A stretch of 35,715 nt of DNA from Gemmatimonadota bacterium (lineage in GTDB: Bacteria; Gemmatimonadota; Gemmatimonadetes; Palauibacterales; KS3-K002): positions 1 to 35,715 of the forward strand of contig JBDHJS010000060.1 in the NCBI GenBank assembly GCA_039586795.1, given 5' to 3'. Made by a program: the position numbers and the translations under genes. Under the pieces are notes generated by a model. The model saw only the letters and a list, made by a program, of their open reading frames with translations, was not told the origin of the DNA and did no database searches. Shown piece after piece: positions 8,856 to 18,971 of this stretch (position 1 is its first letter; each line of letters starts with the position of its first letter).

Positions 8856-10439
8856 ATGAACGAAACGAAACGCTACGACGCCATCATCATCGGTGGCGGA
8901 CATAACGGGCTGGTCACCGCAGCGTACCTGGCCCGGGCCGGGAAACGAGTCCTGGTACTCGAGCGACGGCACTTGCTGGGCGGCTCGGCAGTCACGGAAG
9001 AATTCTATCCGGGCTTCAAGTTCTCGACGCTCTCGTACGTCGTCAGTTTGCTGCGCCCGGAGATCATCCGGGACCTCGAGCTGCCGAGGCATGGCCTGGA
9101 GATCCTCCCGTTGGAGAGCACCGTGACGCCGATGCTCAACGGCGACTATCTGGGCCGCTGGTCAGACCACGACCAAACGCGCCGCGAGCTCTACCGCCAC
9201 TCGCCCACCGACGCGGAAGCCTACGATGACTTCGGCAAGCTGATGTACCAGCTCGCCTACGCGATGAAGCCCATCCTTGGACTCGTGCCGCCCGATCCCA
9301 CGTCGCTCAGCCCCAAAGAGCTTCTCAGCCTGGCCCGCATCGGCAAGCACTTCAGGGATCTCGGCGAGGAGCAATTCTACGCGCTCTACAAGCTCATGAC
9401 GATGAGCTCCGCCGATTTTCTGGACGAGTGGTTCGAGACCGAGCCGCTAAAGGCGACCATGGCCTGCAGCGGTATCATCGGGACGTACCAGGGCGTGCGC
9501 TCACCCGGCACCGCTTACGTGCTGCTGCACCACTACATGGGTGAGATAGACGGCGTGTTCCGCTCCTGGGGCTTCGCGAAGGGCGGCACGGGCGCGATAA
9601 GCGAGTCGATCGCCGGCGCCGCTCGACGCCTGGGCGCGGAGATCCGTACCGAGGCGTCGGTTGCGGAGGTGAAGCTCAAGAACGGACGAGCGACGGGCGT
9701 CGTGCTGGAGAACGGTGACGAGTTCGACGCAAAGATTGTAGTCACCAGTGTCGACCCCAAGTTGAGCTTCCTCAAGTTCATCGACCCCGAGGAGCTGCCG
9801 GAAGACTTTGCGGAGGCGATACGCCGTTTCCGAATCAGGGGATCGTCGGGCAAGGTGAATCTGGCATTGGACGGGCTGCCAAACTTCACGTGCCTGCCTG
9901 GCGAAGGTCCGCACTTGCGGGGCGCGATCTCCATAAGCCCGACGATCGAATACCTGGAACGGGCATTCGAGGATGCCAAGTACGGCAACTTCTCGCAGCA
10001 GCCTTTCATGGACGTCATCCTCCCGTCGATGATCGATCCGGGGATGGCGCCCCCTGGCAAGCATGTCATGTCGATATTCGTCCAGTATGCGCCGTACGCC
10101 TTGAACGGCGGTTGGAACGACGAGAAACGCGAAGCATTCGGCGATGCGGTCGTTAACACGCTTTCGCTGTTCGCGCCCAACATCAAAGACCTGATTCTCT
10201 ATAGGAAGGTTCTGACGCCATGGGACATGGAGCAGGAGTACGGACTTACCCAGGGCAACATCTTCCAGGGTGAACTGGCACTCCATCAACTCTTCTTCAT
10301 GCGCCCGGCGCCGCAGTGGGCCGACTATCGAACGCCAATCAAGAACTACTACCAGTGCGGTTCTGGCACGCATCCCGGTGGCGGCATCACGGGCGCGTCG
10401 GGCAAACTGGCGGCAGACATCATACTCAAAGACTGGTAA
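8856..10439 (+). CDS. Phytoene dehydrogenase-like FAD oxidoreductase (COG1233/PYROXD2-like), copy A
   Basis: Rossmann IIGGGHNGL..AAYLA, LERR..LGG, SYVVSLLRP, AYVLLHH, GNIFQGEL and GSGTHPGGGITG. Starts 2 nt after the aminomethyltransferase stop. Confidence 0.9.
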   Translation: MNETKRYDAIIIGGGHNGLVTAAYLARAGKRVLVLERRHLLGGSAVTEEFYPGFKFSTLSYVVSLLRPEIIRDLELPRHGLEILPLESTVTPMLNGDYLGRWSDHDQTRRELYRHSPTDAEAYDDFGKLMYQLAYAMKPILGLVPPDPTSLSPKELLSLARIGKHFRDLGEEQFYALYKLMTMSSADFLDEWFETEPLKATMACSGIIGTYQGVRSPGTAYVLLHHYMGEIDGVFRSWGFAKGGTGAISESIAGAARRLGAEIRTEASVAEVKLKNGRATGVVLENGDEFDAKIVVTSVDPKLSFLKFIDPEELPEDFAEAIRRFRIRGSSGKVNLALDGLPNFTCLPGEGPHLRGAISISPTIEYLERAFEDAKYGNFSQQPFMDVILPSMIDPGMAPPGKHVMSIFVQYAPYALNGGWNDEKREAFGDAVVNTLSLFAPNIKDLILYRKVLTPWDMEQEYGLTQGNIFQGELALHQLFFMRPAPQWADYRTPIKNYYQCGSGTHPGGGITGASGKLAADIILKDW

Positions 10440-10441
10440 CG

Positions 10442-12037
10442 ATGAACGACGCTTACGATACCATCGTCATCGGCGGAGGGCACAACGGCCTGACGGTCGC
10501 CGCGTACCTCGCGAAAGCAGGTCAGCGGGTCCTGGTGCTCGAGCGGCGTGAGCACGTTGGCGGTGCCGCCGTCACCGAGGAGATCTACCCCGGGTTCAAG
10601 TTCGACACCGGCGCGCACCGGATCGGCCGCCTACAGCCCGAGGTCGTCCGTGACCTTCAGCTGGCGAAGCACGGTCTGGAAGTGCTCCCATCCGATCCGT
10701 CGGTGTACGCTCCCCTGCCAGACGGCGGCGGGCTGACGCTCTGGCGTGATCCTCAGAAGTCTGCCGAGGAGATCGGTCGTTTCTCCAAGCAAGACGCCTC
10801 CCGCTACGGCGATTTCGCCGCGCTGATAGACAAGGCGACCGGGTTCCTAGCCTCGATCTACGGTGAACCCCCCATCGACCCGGTTTCGACGAAAACGGCC
10901 GACACGATGGATGGCCTTCGCATCGCCGGCCGCCTGCGCCGCCTGGGCAAGCACGACATGATGGAGGTGCTGCGCATCCTGCCGATGAACATGGTCGAGT
11001 TGATGGACGACTGGTTCGAGACCGACATCCTGCGCGGCACCCTCGGCGCGGCTGGCATCACGGGCATTCGCCAGGGGCCCTACTCCACCGGCACCGCGTT
11101 CCTGTTCCTTCATCACCACGTCGGCATAACGACAGGCGCACTGCGAGGGATACTCCGCCCGCGCGGGGGGATGGGGTCGTTGAGCGCCGCATTCGAGGCT
11201 GCGGCTACGACAAACGGAGCAACGATCAAGACAGGATCGTGGGTTGAGCGTATTGACGTCGAAAACGGAAAAGCGATCGGCGTGACGCTCGTATCCGGTG
11301 AGAAGTTCGCCGCCAGGCGGATCGTCTCAAACTCGAATCCGCGGCACACGTATCTCGACCTGCTCGATCCGATGAACCTCCAGCCTGCGTTTCTCCACCG
11401 CGTACGCAATATCAGAATGAACGGTGTGTGCGCCCGAGTGAACCTCGCGCTAGATGCGCTGCCCGAGTTCAAGGACGCGCCGGCTGGCGACGCTCACCTG
11501 CGCGGCGCGATCTCGATTAGCCCCAGCCTGAATTACCTCGAAAAGGCATACGACAACGCCAAGCACGGCGAGCTATCGGAGAAACCGTACATCGAAGCCG
11601 TAATTCCTTCGCTCAGCGACCCCACGCTGGCGCCGGACGGCAAACACGTGATGTCGATCCTGGTGCAGTACGCGCCATTTGACCTCAAAGAAGGCGTCTG
11701 GGATGACGCCAATCGCGCCAAGCTGGGCGACCTCACGCTAGAAACGCTCGCCGAGTACGCGCCCAACATCGAGTCGATCGTCGAGCACGCCCACGTCCTC
11801 ACGCCGCTCGACATCGAGGGCATGTTCGGTCTGGCAGAGGGCAACATCTATCACGGCGAGATGACTCTGGACCAGATCTACTTCATGCGGCCGGTTCCGG
11901 GATGGGCGCAGTATCGAGCGCCGGTCGAGAACCTATACCTCTGTAGCGCTGGAACACACCCTGGCGGCGGCGTCACGGCGGCGAACGGATACAACGCAGC
12001 GCAGGTGATCCTGGAAGACTCGAAGAAGAAGAAGTAG
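10442..12037 (+). CDS. Phytoene dehydrogenase-like FAD oxidoreductase (COG1233/PYROXD2-like), copy B
   Basis: VIGGGHNGL..AAYLA, GNIYHGEM and SAGTHPGGGV. Clear paralog of the upstream gene. True start is ATG 10442 (MNDAYD), 2 nt after the copy A stop. Confidence 0.9.
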   Translation: MNDAYDTIVIGGGHNGLTVAAYLAKAGQRVLVLERREHVGGAAVTEEIYPGFKFDTGAHRIGRLQPEVVRDLQLAKHGLEVLPSDPSVYAPLPDGGGLTLWRDPQKSAEEIGRFSKQDASRYGDFAALIDKATGFLASIYGEPPIDPVSTKTADTMDGLRIAGRLRRLGKHDMMEVLRILPMNMVELMDDWFETDILRGTLGAAGITGIRQGPYSTGTAFLFLHHHVGITTGALRGILRPRGGMGSLSAAFEAAATTNGATIKTGSWVERIDVENGKAIGVTLVSGEKFAARRIVSNSNPRHTYLDLLDPMNLQPAFLHRVRNIRMNGVCARVNLALDALPEFKDAPAGDAHLRGAISISPSLNYLEKAYDNAKHGELSEKPYIEAVIPSLSDPTLAPDGKHVMSILVQYAPFDLKEGVWDDANRAKLGDLTLETLAEYAPNIESIVEHAHVLTPLDIEGMFGLAEGNIYHGEMTLDQIYFMRPVPGWAQYRAPVENLYLCSAGTHPGGGVTAANGYNAAQVILEDSKKKK

Positions 12038-12065
12038 TAGGAAAAGAGGGAACCGCTGTAACTCG

Positions 12066-12713
12066 CTAGAAGCTCACCACCACGGGGACAGACGGCCGAA
12101 GATCGACCCGGCGGCCTTGGTTCCCGCCGTCCACCTCTACCCTTAGCAACGGCTCCGGGCCACGGTCTATCTGGACCAGGCCGAGCTTCGCGAACGCCTC
12201 TAACTCGGCTGACGGAGGATCTCCGAACGGAAACTCCAGCGCGACTCGGGTGATCCGTTTTGCCTCGTTGAGATGGTCAGGTGGATCGGGCGGTGGCCCC
12301 GTCCGCCATGGCAGGTAGAACAACATCGGCTCGTCCAGCCGTTCGGAGTTGAGACCCACTGGAATGAACAGATCGTCGGGCAGGTAGGGCGGTCGGAATT
12401 CCCACGTCTCGAACGGCATCTCATCCCCGCCTGGCTCGCCGGAACGGATACAGATCCCGAACGGATTCGCCGGGTCCATAATGTCGACGCGTTCGCAGAG
12501 ATGCGCCCGTGAAATCGGAGCTGAGGCCGCCGTAGCGACGTCGGTCAGCCAGATGAACTCGAGATAGGCGTTACGAAAGAAGATGCCCCGGCTGGCCGTT
12601 CCCTGCCCCGGATGGTCATTTTCGCCGCCCTCGACGAAACCCTCCGATACCAGGCTCCCGATCTCCGGGGCACCCACCGATGCCGCAACAAACAGATGAT
12701 CCAGCTCAAACAC
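12066..12713 (-). CDS. VOC/glyoxalase-like (Glyoxalase_3) family protein
   Basis: ELDHLFV, HPGQGTAS..IFF.NAYLEFIW and PFGIC. GTG start. Confidence 0.8.
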   Translation of the reverse strand: MFELDHLFVAASVGAPEIGSLVSEGFVEGGENDHPGQGTASRGIFFRNAYLEFIWLTDVATAASAPISRAHLCERVDIMDPANPFGICIRSGEPGGDEMPFETWEFRPPYLPDDLFIPVGLNSERLDEPMLFYLPWRTGPPPDPPDHLNEAKRITRVALEFPFGDPPSAELEAFAKLGLVQIDRGPEPLLRVEVDGGNQGRRVDLRPSVPVVVSF

Positions 12714-12788
12714 CTACACGTCCCAAATCACTTCAGCTTCCAAACTCTCGAATCCGCAATCCCGAATCCGATTCGATAATTCCCCTAG

Positions 12789-13865
12789 TCACGCAACGTC
12801 AACATCCTCACACAGATAGACATCCTGAATCGCATGAAACAGCTCAACCCCTTCTTTCATCGGGCGTTGAAAAGTCTTCCGACCCGAGATGAGCCCCATG
12901 CCTCCCCCGCGCTTGTTGATCACCGCCGTGCGTACCGCTTCGCCGAGATCGCCTTTCCCCGTCGAAGCGCCGCCCGAATTGATCATGCCCACTCTACCCA
13001 TATAGCAATTGGCGACCTGCCAACGGACCCAGTCCACCGGATTATCCGCTACCAATTCATCGTAGACCAACTTAGACGTCTTGCCGAAGTTAAGGGCCGG
13101 GTAGCCACCGTTATGTGAGGGCAGCTTCTGCTTGACGATGTCCGCCTCGATCGTCACGCCCAGGTGATTCGCCTGACCCGTCAGGTCAGCCGCGGCATGG
13201 TGATCGACCCCATCCTTCTTGAACGCCGGGTTGCGCAAATAACACCATAGGAACGTCGTCATGCCAAGCTCATGGGCGCGACTGAACGCCTCGGAGACTT
13301 CTTGAAGCTGGCGGCGCGACTCTTCGGAACCCCAATAGATCGTGGCACCCACCGCGGCTGCGCCCAGCTCCCACGCCTGCTCGACGGCCGCGAACGGCAC
13401 TTGATCGAACTGGTTCGGGTAACAGAGCAACTCGTTGTGATTGATCTTCACAAGGAACGGGATCTTGTGCGCGTACTTGCGCGAGACCGCACCCAGCACG
13501 CCGAGCGTAGATGCCACAGCGTTGCAGCCACCCTCAATAGCCAGCTCGACGATGTTGCCGGGGTCGAAGTAGATCGGATTGGGCGCGAACGACGCCGCCG
13601 CGGAGTGTTCGATCCCCTGGTCCACCGGCAAGATCGACAAGTAGCCAGTGCCGCCCAGTCGGCCATGATCGAACATGCGCTGCAGGCTGATCAACACCTG
13701 GGGATTGCGATCGGAGATTCCGAGGACGCGATCCACGTAATCGGGCCCGGGAAGATGCAGTTGGTCCTTCGGGATCCCTTTCGCCTTGAAGCCAAGAAGC
13801 GTGTCCGCTTCGTCGCCAAGCAAGTCCTGGATCGCCGAAATGGTGTTTGCGGTCATCGTTGCCAT
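12789..13865 (-). CDS. fbaB: Class I fructose-bisphosphate aldolase (FbaB/DhnA)
   Basis: [45 protein letters not shown] (Schiff-base Lys) and [24 protein letters not shown]. Confidence 0.95.
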   Translation of the reverse strand: MATMTANTISAIQDLLGDEADTLLGFKAKGIPKDQLHLPGPDYVDRVLGISDRNPQVLISLQRMFDHGRLGGTGYLSILPVDQGIEHSAAASFAPNPIYFDPGNIVELAIEGGCNAVASTLGVLGAVSRKYAHKIPFLVKINHNELLCYPNQFDQVPFAAVEQAWELGAAAVGATIYWGSEESRRQLQEVSEAFSRAHELGMTTFLWCYLRNPAFKKDGVDHHAAADLTGQANHLGVTIEADIVKQKLPSHNGGYPALNFGKTSKLVYDELVADNPVDWVRWQVANCYMGRVGMINSGGASTGKGDLGEAVRTAVINKRGGGMGLISGRKTFQRPMKEGVELFHAIQDVYLCEDVDVA

Positions 13866-13939
13866 GATACTTCACCTCTCTCGTCAGTTCCGGTCGAGCG
13901 GCGCCTTCCGCCGACTACCGTATGTCAGGCGCGCACGGC

Positions 13940-14674
13940 TCAGCCGTCCGTCAACAAGCGGCCGGCGGCGCGATCGATATACCAGTGCAACTCCCCATCT
14001 CCCGGCTGGACGAGCTGGGCGGGATACTGTCCGGCGGGACACTCCAGAACCGCCTTCAGTATCTCCGCTTTGTCGTCACCCGACACCAGGAACATGATAA
14101 ATGCAGCGTTATTGAGGACAGGGCAAGTCAGACTGATCCGGTGAGCCTCGAATCTCTCGATCCACGGCGTCACGACCAGCCGCTCCGTCTCTTCCAGAGC
14201 TTCGGTCCCGGCAAACAAAGAGGCCGTATGCCCGTCGCCACCTAGCCCCAGAACCACGAGGTCGAAGCGCGGCAACTGGCCGGGCATCAACCGGAAGCGG
14301 TGCCGCAGCTCGGACTCGTACCCTGCCGCCGCCTCCTGAGGGCCCAATTCCGCCTGGATCCGATGGATGTTCGCCGGCGGCACGGGCACCTTCGAGAGGA
14401 GCAACGAATACGCTGACCCGAAATTGCTCAGCGGATCGTCGGGCGGCACGCTCCGCTCATCGCCCCAAAAGAAGTGGATCAACTCCCAATTGATCTGGCT
14501 GGCGTACGGCTCGGCAGCCAGCAGCGCGAAGAGCCGCTTCGGCGTTTCGCCCCCAGACAGCGCTACGTTGAAGACGCTGCGCTCCGCCGCGCAGGAATCG
14601 ACCAGCAGCGCGAACCGGTTGGCCGCGGCCCGAGACATGGCATCAGCTGTATCGTAGGTGTGGATTGTCTTCAC
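13940..14674 (-). CDS. pgl: 6-phosphogluconolactonase
   Basis: [31 protein letters not shown] and FLVSGDDKA. The GTG start overlaps the zwf TGA (GTGA), so the ORF-track extension to 14866 is not used. Confidence 0.93.
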   Translation of the reverse strand: MKTIHTYDTADAMSRAAANRFALLVDSCAAERSVFNVALSGGETPKRLFALLAAEPYASQINWELIHFFWGDERSVPPDDPLSNFGSAYSLLLSKVPVPPANIHRIQAELGPQEAAAGYESELRHRFRLMPGQLPRFDLVVLGLGGDGHTASLFAGTEALEETERLVVTPWIERFEAHRISLTCPVLNNAAFIMFLVSGDDKAEILKAVLECPAGQYPAQLVQPGDGELHWYIDRAAGRLLTDG

Positions 14675-16179
14675 AGATGTCTCCAGCGGCGTCCGTCGTT
14701 CCGCATCAGCTCGCCGGCCGCCTTGGGGCCCCAGCTGCCAGCGGCATAGTTGGGAAAATCGCGCGGCGGCAGCGTGCTCCACACATCGAGGATCGGGTTC
14801 ACCACGCTCCAGGCCGCCTCCGCATTGTCGCCGCGCTGGAAGAGGCCGGCGTCCCCGTTCATGCAATCGTACAGGAGGGTCTCGTAGCCCGTCGCCGGCG
14901 TGCCGGCAAAGTAGTCGACGTTGCAGAAGTCCATATCAACCCCACCGATCTGCATCACCTGACCGGGAACTTTGGCGTTGAATGAGAGAGCGATTCCCTC
15001 ATCAGGCTGAATCCGCAACACCAGAACGTTCGGTCTTAGCTCTTCGATCGGTGTATTCTCGAATAGAATCAGCGGCACGCCCTTGAACTGGATCGCGATC
15101 TCCGTGTAGCGCCGCGGCAGGCTCTTTCCCGTTCGGAGATAGAACGGCACTCCCGCCCAACGCCAGCTATCAATCCAGAGCTTCAACGCAACATAGGTTT
15201 CGGTCGATGAGTCGGGCGCTACCCTATCCAGTGACCGATAGGCCGGCACGTCCTCGCCCGAAGGCAGCATGCCTGCGTCGTACTGACCGCGAACCGCTTC
15301 GCGTAGCACCTCATCGGGATCGATGGGATTGATCGCGCGAAAGATCTTGCCCTTTTCGTTGCGAACCGCGTCCGCCTCGAACGAGATGGGCGGCTCCATC
15401 GCGATGAGGGCGAGCAGCTGGAAGAGGTGGTTAGGAACCATGTCGCGGAGCGCCCCGGCGGAGTCGTAGTAGCCCCCGCGCGTGCCCACACCAACGCTCT
15501 CGGCCACCGTTATCTGCACATGGTCAACGTACCGCCGGTTCCAGATCGGCTCGAAGATGGCATTGGCGAAGCGGAAGACCAGGATGTTCTGAACCGTCTC
15601 CTTACCCAGGTAGTGATCGATGCGGTAGATCTGCGTTTCGTCCAGCACTTCCAGCAGGCCGCGGTTCAGCTTCCGGGCCGACTCCAGATCGTGGCCAAAC
15701 GGCTTCTCCACTACAACTCGTCGCCAGGCATCACCCTCCTCGCGCGTCAGGCCAACGCGCTGCAACTGCCTCGGAATCTCGGCGAAGAACTGTGGCGGCG
15801 CCGACAGATAGAACAGGTAGTTCCCTCCCGTCCCGTGCTTCTCATCGATCTCGACCAACTTCTTCTGCAGCCGCTGGTAGGCCTCCGGATCGTCGAAGCC
15901 CCCATCCACGCGGTGCATGCGTTCGGCCAGCCAGTCCCAAATCTCCTGCCGAAACTCCGCCGTGAGATGCGCCTTTGCCTCATCCCTCATCCGGGCAAGG
16001 TAGGCCTCATCGCCCATTCGCCGGGCGAACCCCACAACCGCGAACTCGTCCGGCAGCAACCCGCTTTCGGCGAGATTGTACAGCGCCGGGATCAGCTTGC
16101 GCCGCGTGAGATCGCCGGCGGCACCGAAGATGATCAGGACGCAGGGACCCGGCGGTATATTGTCTTGGCGAATTGACAT
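14671..16179 (-). CDS. zwf: Glucose-6-phosphate 1-dehydrogenase
   Basis: [36 protein letters not shown] and [13 protein letters not shown]. Confidence 0.97.
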   Translation of the reverse strand: MSIRQDNIPPGPCVLIIFGAAGDLTRRKLIPALYNLAESGLLPDEFAVVGFARRMGDEAYLARMRDEAKAHLTAEFRQEIWDWLAERMHRVDGGFDDPEAYQRLQKKLVEIDEKHGTGGNYLFYLSAPPQFFAEIPRQLQRVGLTREEGDAWRRVVVEKPFGHDLESARKLNRGLLEVLDETQIYRIDHYLGKETVQNILVFRFANAIFEPIWNRRYVDHVQITVAESVGVGTRGGYYDSAGALRDMVPNHLFQLLALIAMEPPISFEADAVRNEKGKIFRAINPIDPDEVLREAVRGQYDAGMLPSGEDVPAYRSLDRVAPDSSTETYVALKLWIDSWRWAGVPFYLRTGKSLPRRYTEIAIQFKGVPLILFENTPIEELRPNVLVLRIQPDEGIALSFNAKVPGQVMQIGGVDMDFCNVDYFAGTPATGYETLLYDCMNGDAGLFQRGDNAEAAWSVVNPILDVWSTLPPRDFPNYAAGSWGPKAAGELMRNDGRRWRHL

Positions 16180-16197
16180 GATCGGTCCTCATCATGA

Positions 16198-16239
16198 CTC
16201 CCTACCTCCTACCCTCTACTCCCCACCCCCTACGCTCTA
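16198..16239. repeat. Degenerate heptamer array (CnnnnTA-like, six units) overlapping the gnd stop
   Basis: CTCCCTA CCTCCTA CCCTCTA CTCCCCA CCCCCTA CGCTCTA, with an A at every seventh position. Confidence 0.65.
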
Positions 16240-17195
16240 CCCCCGCCCCCCGGCTCCACGTGCCCCCCAAAACCCTGCCTCATCGCCGACAGCACCTTCT
16301 CCGCAAACGTATGCTCCTGTCGCGAGCGGAACCGGGCGAACAGCGAGGCCGCCAGCACGTCGGCCGGAACGCCCTCTTCGACGGCGGTCTGAATCGTCCA
16401 CCGTCCTTCTCCGGAGTCCTGCACGTATCCGCTGTACCCAACCAGTGCTGGATCCTTGATCAGCGCAGCCGCCGTTAGATCGAGGAGCCAGGAGGTGATC
16501 ACGCTTCCGCGTCGCCAGAGCTCTGCGATGTCGGCGAGATCCAGGTCGTAGCGCTCGACGCTATTCATGAGGTCGAAGCCCTCGGCCATCGCCTGCATCA
16601 TCCCATATTCGATTCCGTTGTGGACCATCTTAACGAAGTGGCCCGCTCCGGATGGACCGCAATGAAGGTAGCCTTCTTCGGCAGTGCTTGATTCTTCCGC
16701 CCGACCCGCCGTCCCGGGGATATCCCCACGACCCGGCGCCAGGGTCTTGAACAGCGGATCCAGATGCTGGACGGCGTCCTCAGGGCCGCCGATCATGAGC
16801 GAGTAGCCGCGCTCGAGCCCCCACACGCCGCCGCTGGTTCCCACGTCCACATAACGAATACCCTTCGCCTCCAGCGTCTCCGCGCGACGGACGTCATCTT
16901 TGAAGTAGGAGTTGCCACCATCGATGATGATGTCGCCGGCTTCGAGGCGACTCGCCAGCGCGGCTACGGTGCTTTCGGTCGCCTCGCCGGCCGGAACCAT
17001 CACCCAGGCAATCCTCGGTCTGGTCAAGGCCTCCGCAAACTCATCTAGAGACGAGGCGCCGTTCGCACCTTCACCCCTCATCTCCTGGACGGCATCGGCG
17101 CTGAGATCGAACACGACACAATTGTGGCCGCCGCGCATCAGGCGGCGGACCATATTCGCACCCATTCTCCCCAGTCCGACCATGCCGAGTTCCAT
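16230..17195 (-). CDS. gnd: 6-phosphogluconate dehydrogenase, decarboxylating (short-chain type)
   Basis: [50 protein letters not shown] and MRQGFGGH. Confidence 0.95.
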   Translation of the reverse strand: MELGMVGLGRMGANMVRRLMRGGHNCVVFDLSADAVQEMRGEGANGASSLDEFAEALTRPRIAWVMVPAGEATESTVAALASRLEAGDIIIDGGNSYFKDDVRRAETLEAKGIRYVDVGTSGGVWGLERGYSLMIGGPEDAVQHLDPLFKTLAPGRGDIPGTAGRAEESSTAEEGYLHCGPSGAGHFVKMVHNGIEYGMMQAMAEGFDLMNSVERYDLDLADIAELWRRGSVITSWLLDLTAAALIKDPALVGYSGYVQDSGEGRWTIQTAVEEGVPADVLAASLFARFRSRQEHTFAEKVLSAMRQGFGGHVEPGGGGRA

Positions 17196-17221
17196 GGATC
17201 GTCCTCCGAGGTCTCTTCGTC

Positions 17222-18955
17222 TTAGGTGAGTGCTTCTTCGATCAGCTCACGCAGCCGGTCGAGGCCCGCCGCCACATCCGCTCCCAGGTGTACGCGAAGA
17301 GCGCGCCGGCCACGCTCGGCCAGCACATCGAAGTCGCCGCGTGCCTGGGCGGCCTTCACCACTCCAAACGAATAGGCGCGTCCCGGTACCGGAAGGTCGG
17401 CGACGTCATCGCACGTGATCTGCAGAAAGACGCCGGTGTTGGGTCCGCCCTTGTAGGCTTGTCCCGTGGAATGCAGGAAGCGCGGGCCAAAGCCCAGGCA
17501 CCCCAGGCACGTCGCCACGCGTCGAGAATCCCGCACCCGGTGACGGATGTCCTGAAGTCGCGACTCGTGCTCGTCGTTCATCTCGACATAGGCCAGGATG
17601 CCAAAATAGTCACCCGGTTCGAGGCGGCCGATGTGCGCCCGCAGGTATCCGGCGACACTGTCCTCGCGCGCTTCCCGGGCCAACTCATCGGCGTTCCGCT
17701 CATCCGCGAACAACTCGATGCCGTCCCCCCGCAAGATTGGCTCCTCCGAGGGCAGCGTGCCGCTCTTCTCGTAATCGTCCGTCAGCGCCCGCGTCGCTAT
17801 CTTGCTCGCGTCGACGTCCGGCTGGTTGAACGGGTTGATGCCAAGGATCGAGCCTGCCACGGCCGTCGCGAACTCCCAGCGGAACAACTCACCACCCAAC
17901 GCATAGCGATCCGGGATGTCAATGCGGACCACCGGCTGACCCGCCGCTTCCAAGCGGACGATACCATCTCCTTGATCATCATTGTCGTCGAGCAGCCGCA
18001 GATATACGAACAGCCTGTCGTTGCCGTAGCACTCCGGCGGACCCAGCTCTTCTCGGTCGACCGGTATGAGGGCTACACCTTCTTTGCCCGTCGACTCCGC
18101 CAACAGCTGTTCCAACCACGCGCCCAGCCCACGCACACCAGGCGAGCTAATGAGCGTCACCTTGTTACGCCCCAGAACGCCTGCAACGCCCAATGTCACG
18201 CCGAGGCGCACACCAGGGTTCTCGTCGGCGTGCACCGCCGCCGAGCAGGCCTGAACCATCCCCCGCGCCGACAGGAGCAAGTGCTCGACGTCGAGTCCCA
18301 TGGCTGCGGCGGGTACCATGCCGAAATCGGACAGCGCGGAGTAGCGGCCACCAATGTCGGGAATTCCGTGGAACACGTATCGGAAGTTATCGCGAACGGC
18401 CAGGTGCTGAAGCTGCGAACCGGGATCGGTGACGGCAACGAAGCGACTGCCGGCTTCCTCACCGACCGCCTCCCGTACGCGCTCGAAGAAGTACTGGAGA
18501 AAGATGTTGGGTTCGAGCGTCGTGCCCGACTTGCTGGAAATGACAAAGACCGTTCGCTCGAGGTCGATCTTGTCTTCGAATGTCTTTACTTGTGCCGGGT
18601 CTGTCGAATCGAGAACGAAGAGCTCGGGGTGATCGTCGACGGTCCCGAAGGTCATCTTCAGAACCTCAGGGCAGAGGCTGGACCCGCCCATCCCCAACAG
18701 CAGCATGTGGCTGAAGCCCTCTACCCGCGCCGCCTCCGCGGCGCTGAACAACGGCTCCAGGTGGGCTAGCTGGTCTTCGACGATCCCCAGCCAGCCGAGC
18801 CAACTCGCTTCATCTCCGCCCGACCACAGGGTGGCGTCCCGTTCCCACAACCGATGCGTCTTGTCGGCGTCCTGCCACTCCTTCAGCGCCTGATCGACAT
18901 CGGATGCCAGGTCCGCGAGGCCGTTGAAGTTCCCGGCCGGCACGCCACCGATCAT
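17222..18955 (-). CDS. pgi: Glucose-6-phosphate isomerase of the type normally fused to transaldolase, here stand-alone
   Basis: [56 protein letters not shown] and [16 protein letters not shown]. No N-terminal transaldolase domain. Confidence 0.88.
   Translation of the reverse strand: MIGGVPAGNFNGLADLASDVDQALKEWQDADKTHRLWERDATLWSGGDEASWLGWLGIVEDQLAHLEPLFSAAEAARVEGFSHMLLLGMGGSSLCPEVLKMTFGTVDDHPELFVLDSTDPAQVKTFEDKIDLERTVFVISSKSGTTLEPNIFLQYFFERVREAVGEEAGSRFVAVTDPGSQLQHLAVRDNFRYVFHGIPDIGGRYSALSDFGMVPAAAMGLDVEHLLLSARGMVQACSAAVHADENPGVRLGVTLGVAGVLGRNKVTLISSPGVRGLGAWLEQLLAESTGKEGVALIPVDREELGPPECYGNDRLFVYLRLLDDNDDQGDGIVRLEAAGQPVVRIDIPDRYALGGELFRWEFATAVAGSILGINPFNQPDVDASKIATRALTDDYEKSGTLPSEEPILRGDGIELFADERNADELAREAREDSVAGYLRAHIGRLEPGDYFGILAYVEMNDEHESRLQDIRHRVRDSRRVATCLGCLGFGPRFLHSTGQAYKGGPNTGVFLQITCDDVADLPVPGRAYSFGVVKAAQARGDFDVLAERGRRALRVHLGADVAAGLDRLRELIEEALT
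17493..17510. repeat. Exact 9-bp tandem duplication inside pgi (CCCAGGCAC x2)
   Basis: Read directly. It gives the in-frame protein duplication [15 protein letters not shown]. Confidence 0.85.
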
Positions 18956-18971
18956 GTCGCCTCCCCCCAGG

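Noticed and set aside
8856..12037. Carotenoid biosynthesis (crtI) genes
   Set aside because: No crtB/crtE/crtY in the window. The motifs (GHNGL, THPGGG) and context fit the PYROXD2-like branch better.
14675..14866. N-terminal extensions in the ORF track for pgl (also 10316-10441, 6228-6353, 43-108 and 30164-30196)
   Set aside because: They overlap upstream genes or precede better starts supported by RBS, signal peptide or family N-terminus.
17288..18769. 493-aa plus-strand ORF, and similar long ORFs at 19875-20891, 15427-16176 and 13272-14144
   Set aside because: They lie antisense to well-supported pgi, tkt, zwf and fbaB/pgl genes and have no recognisable motifs. Shadow ORFs are expected with GC-rich codon usage.
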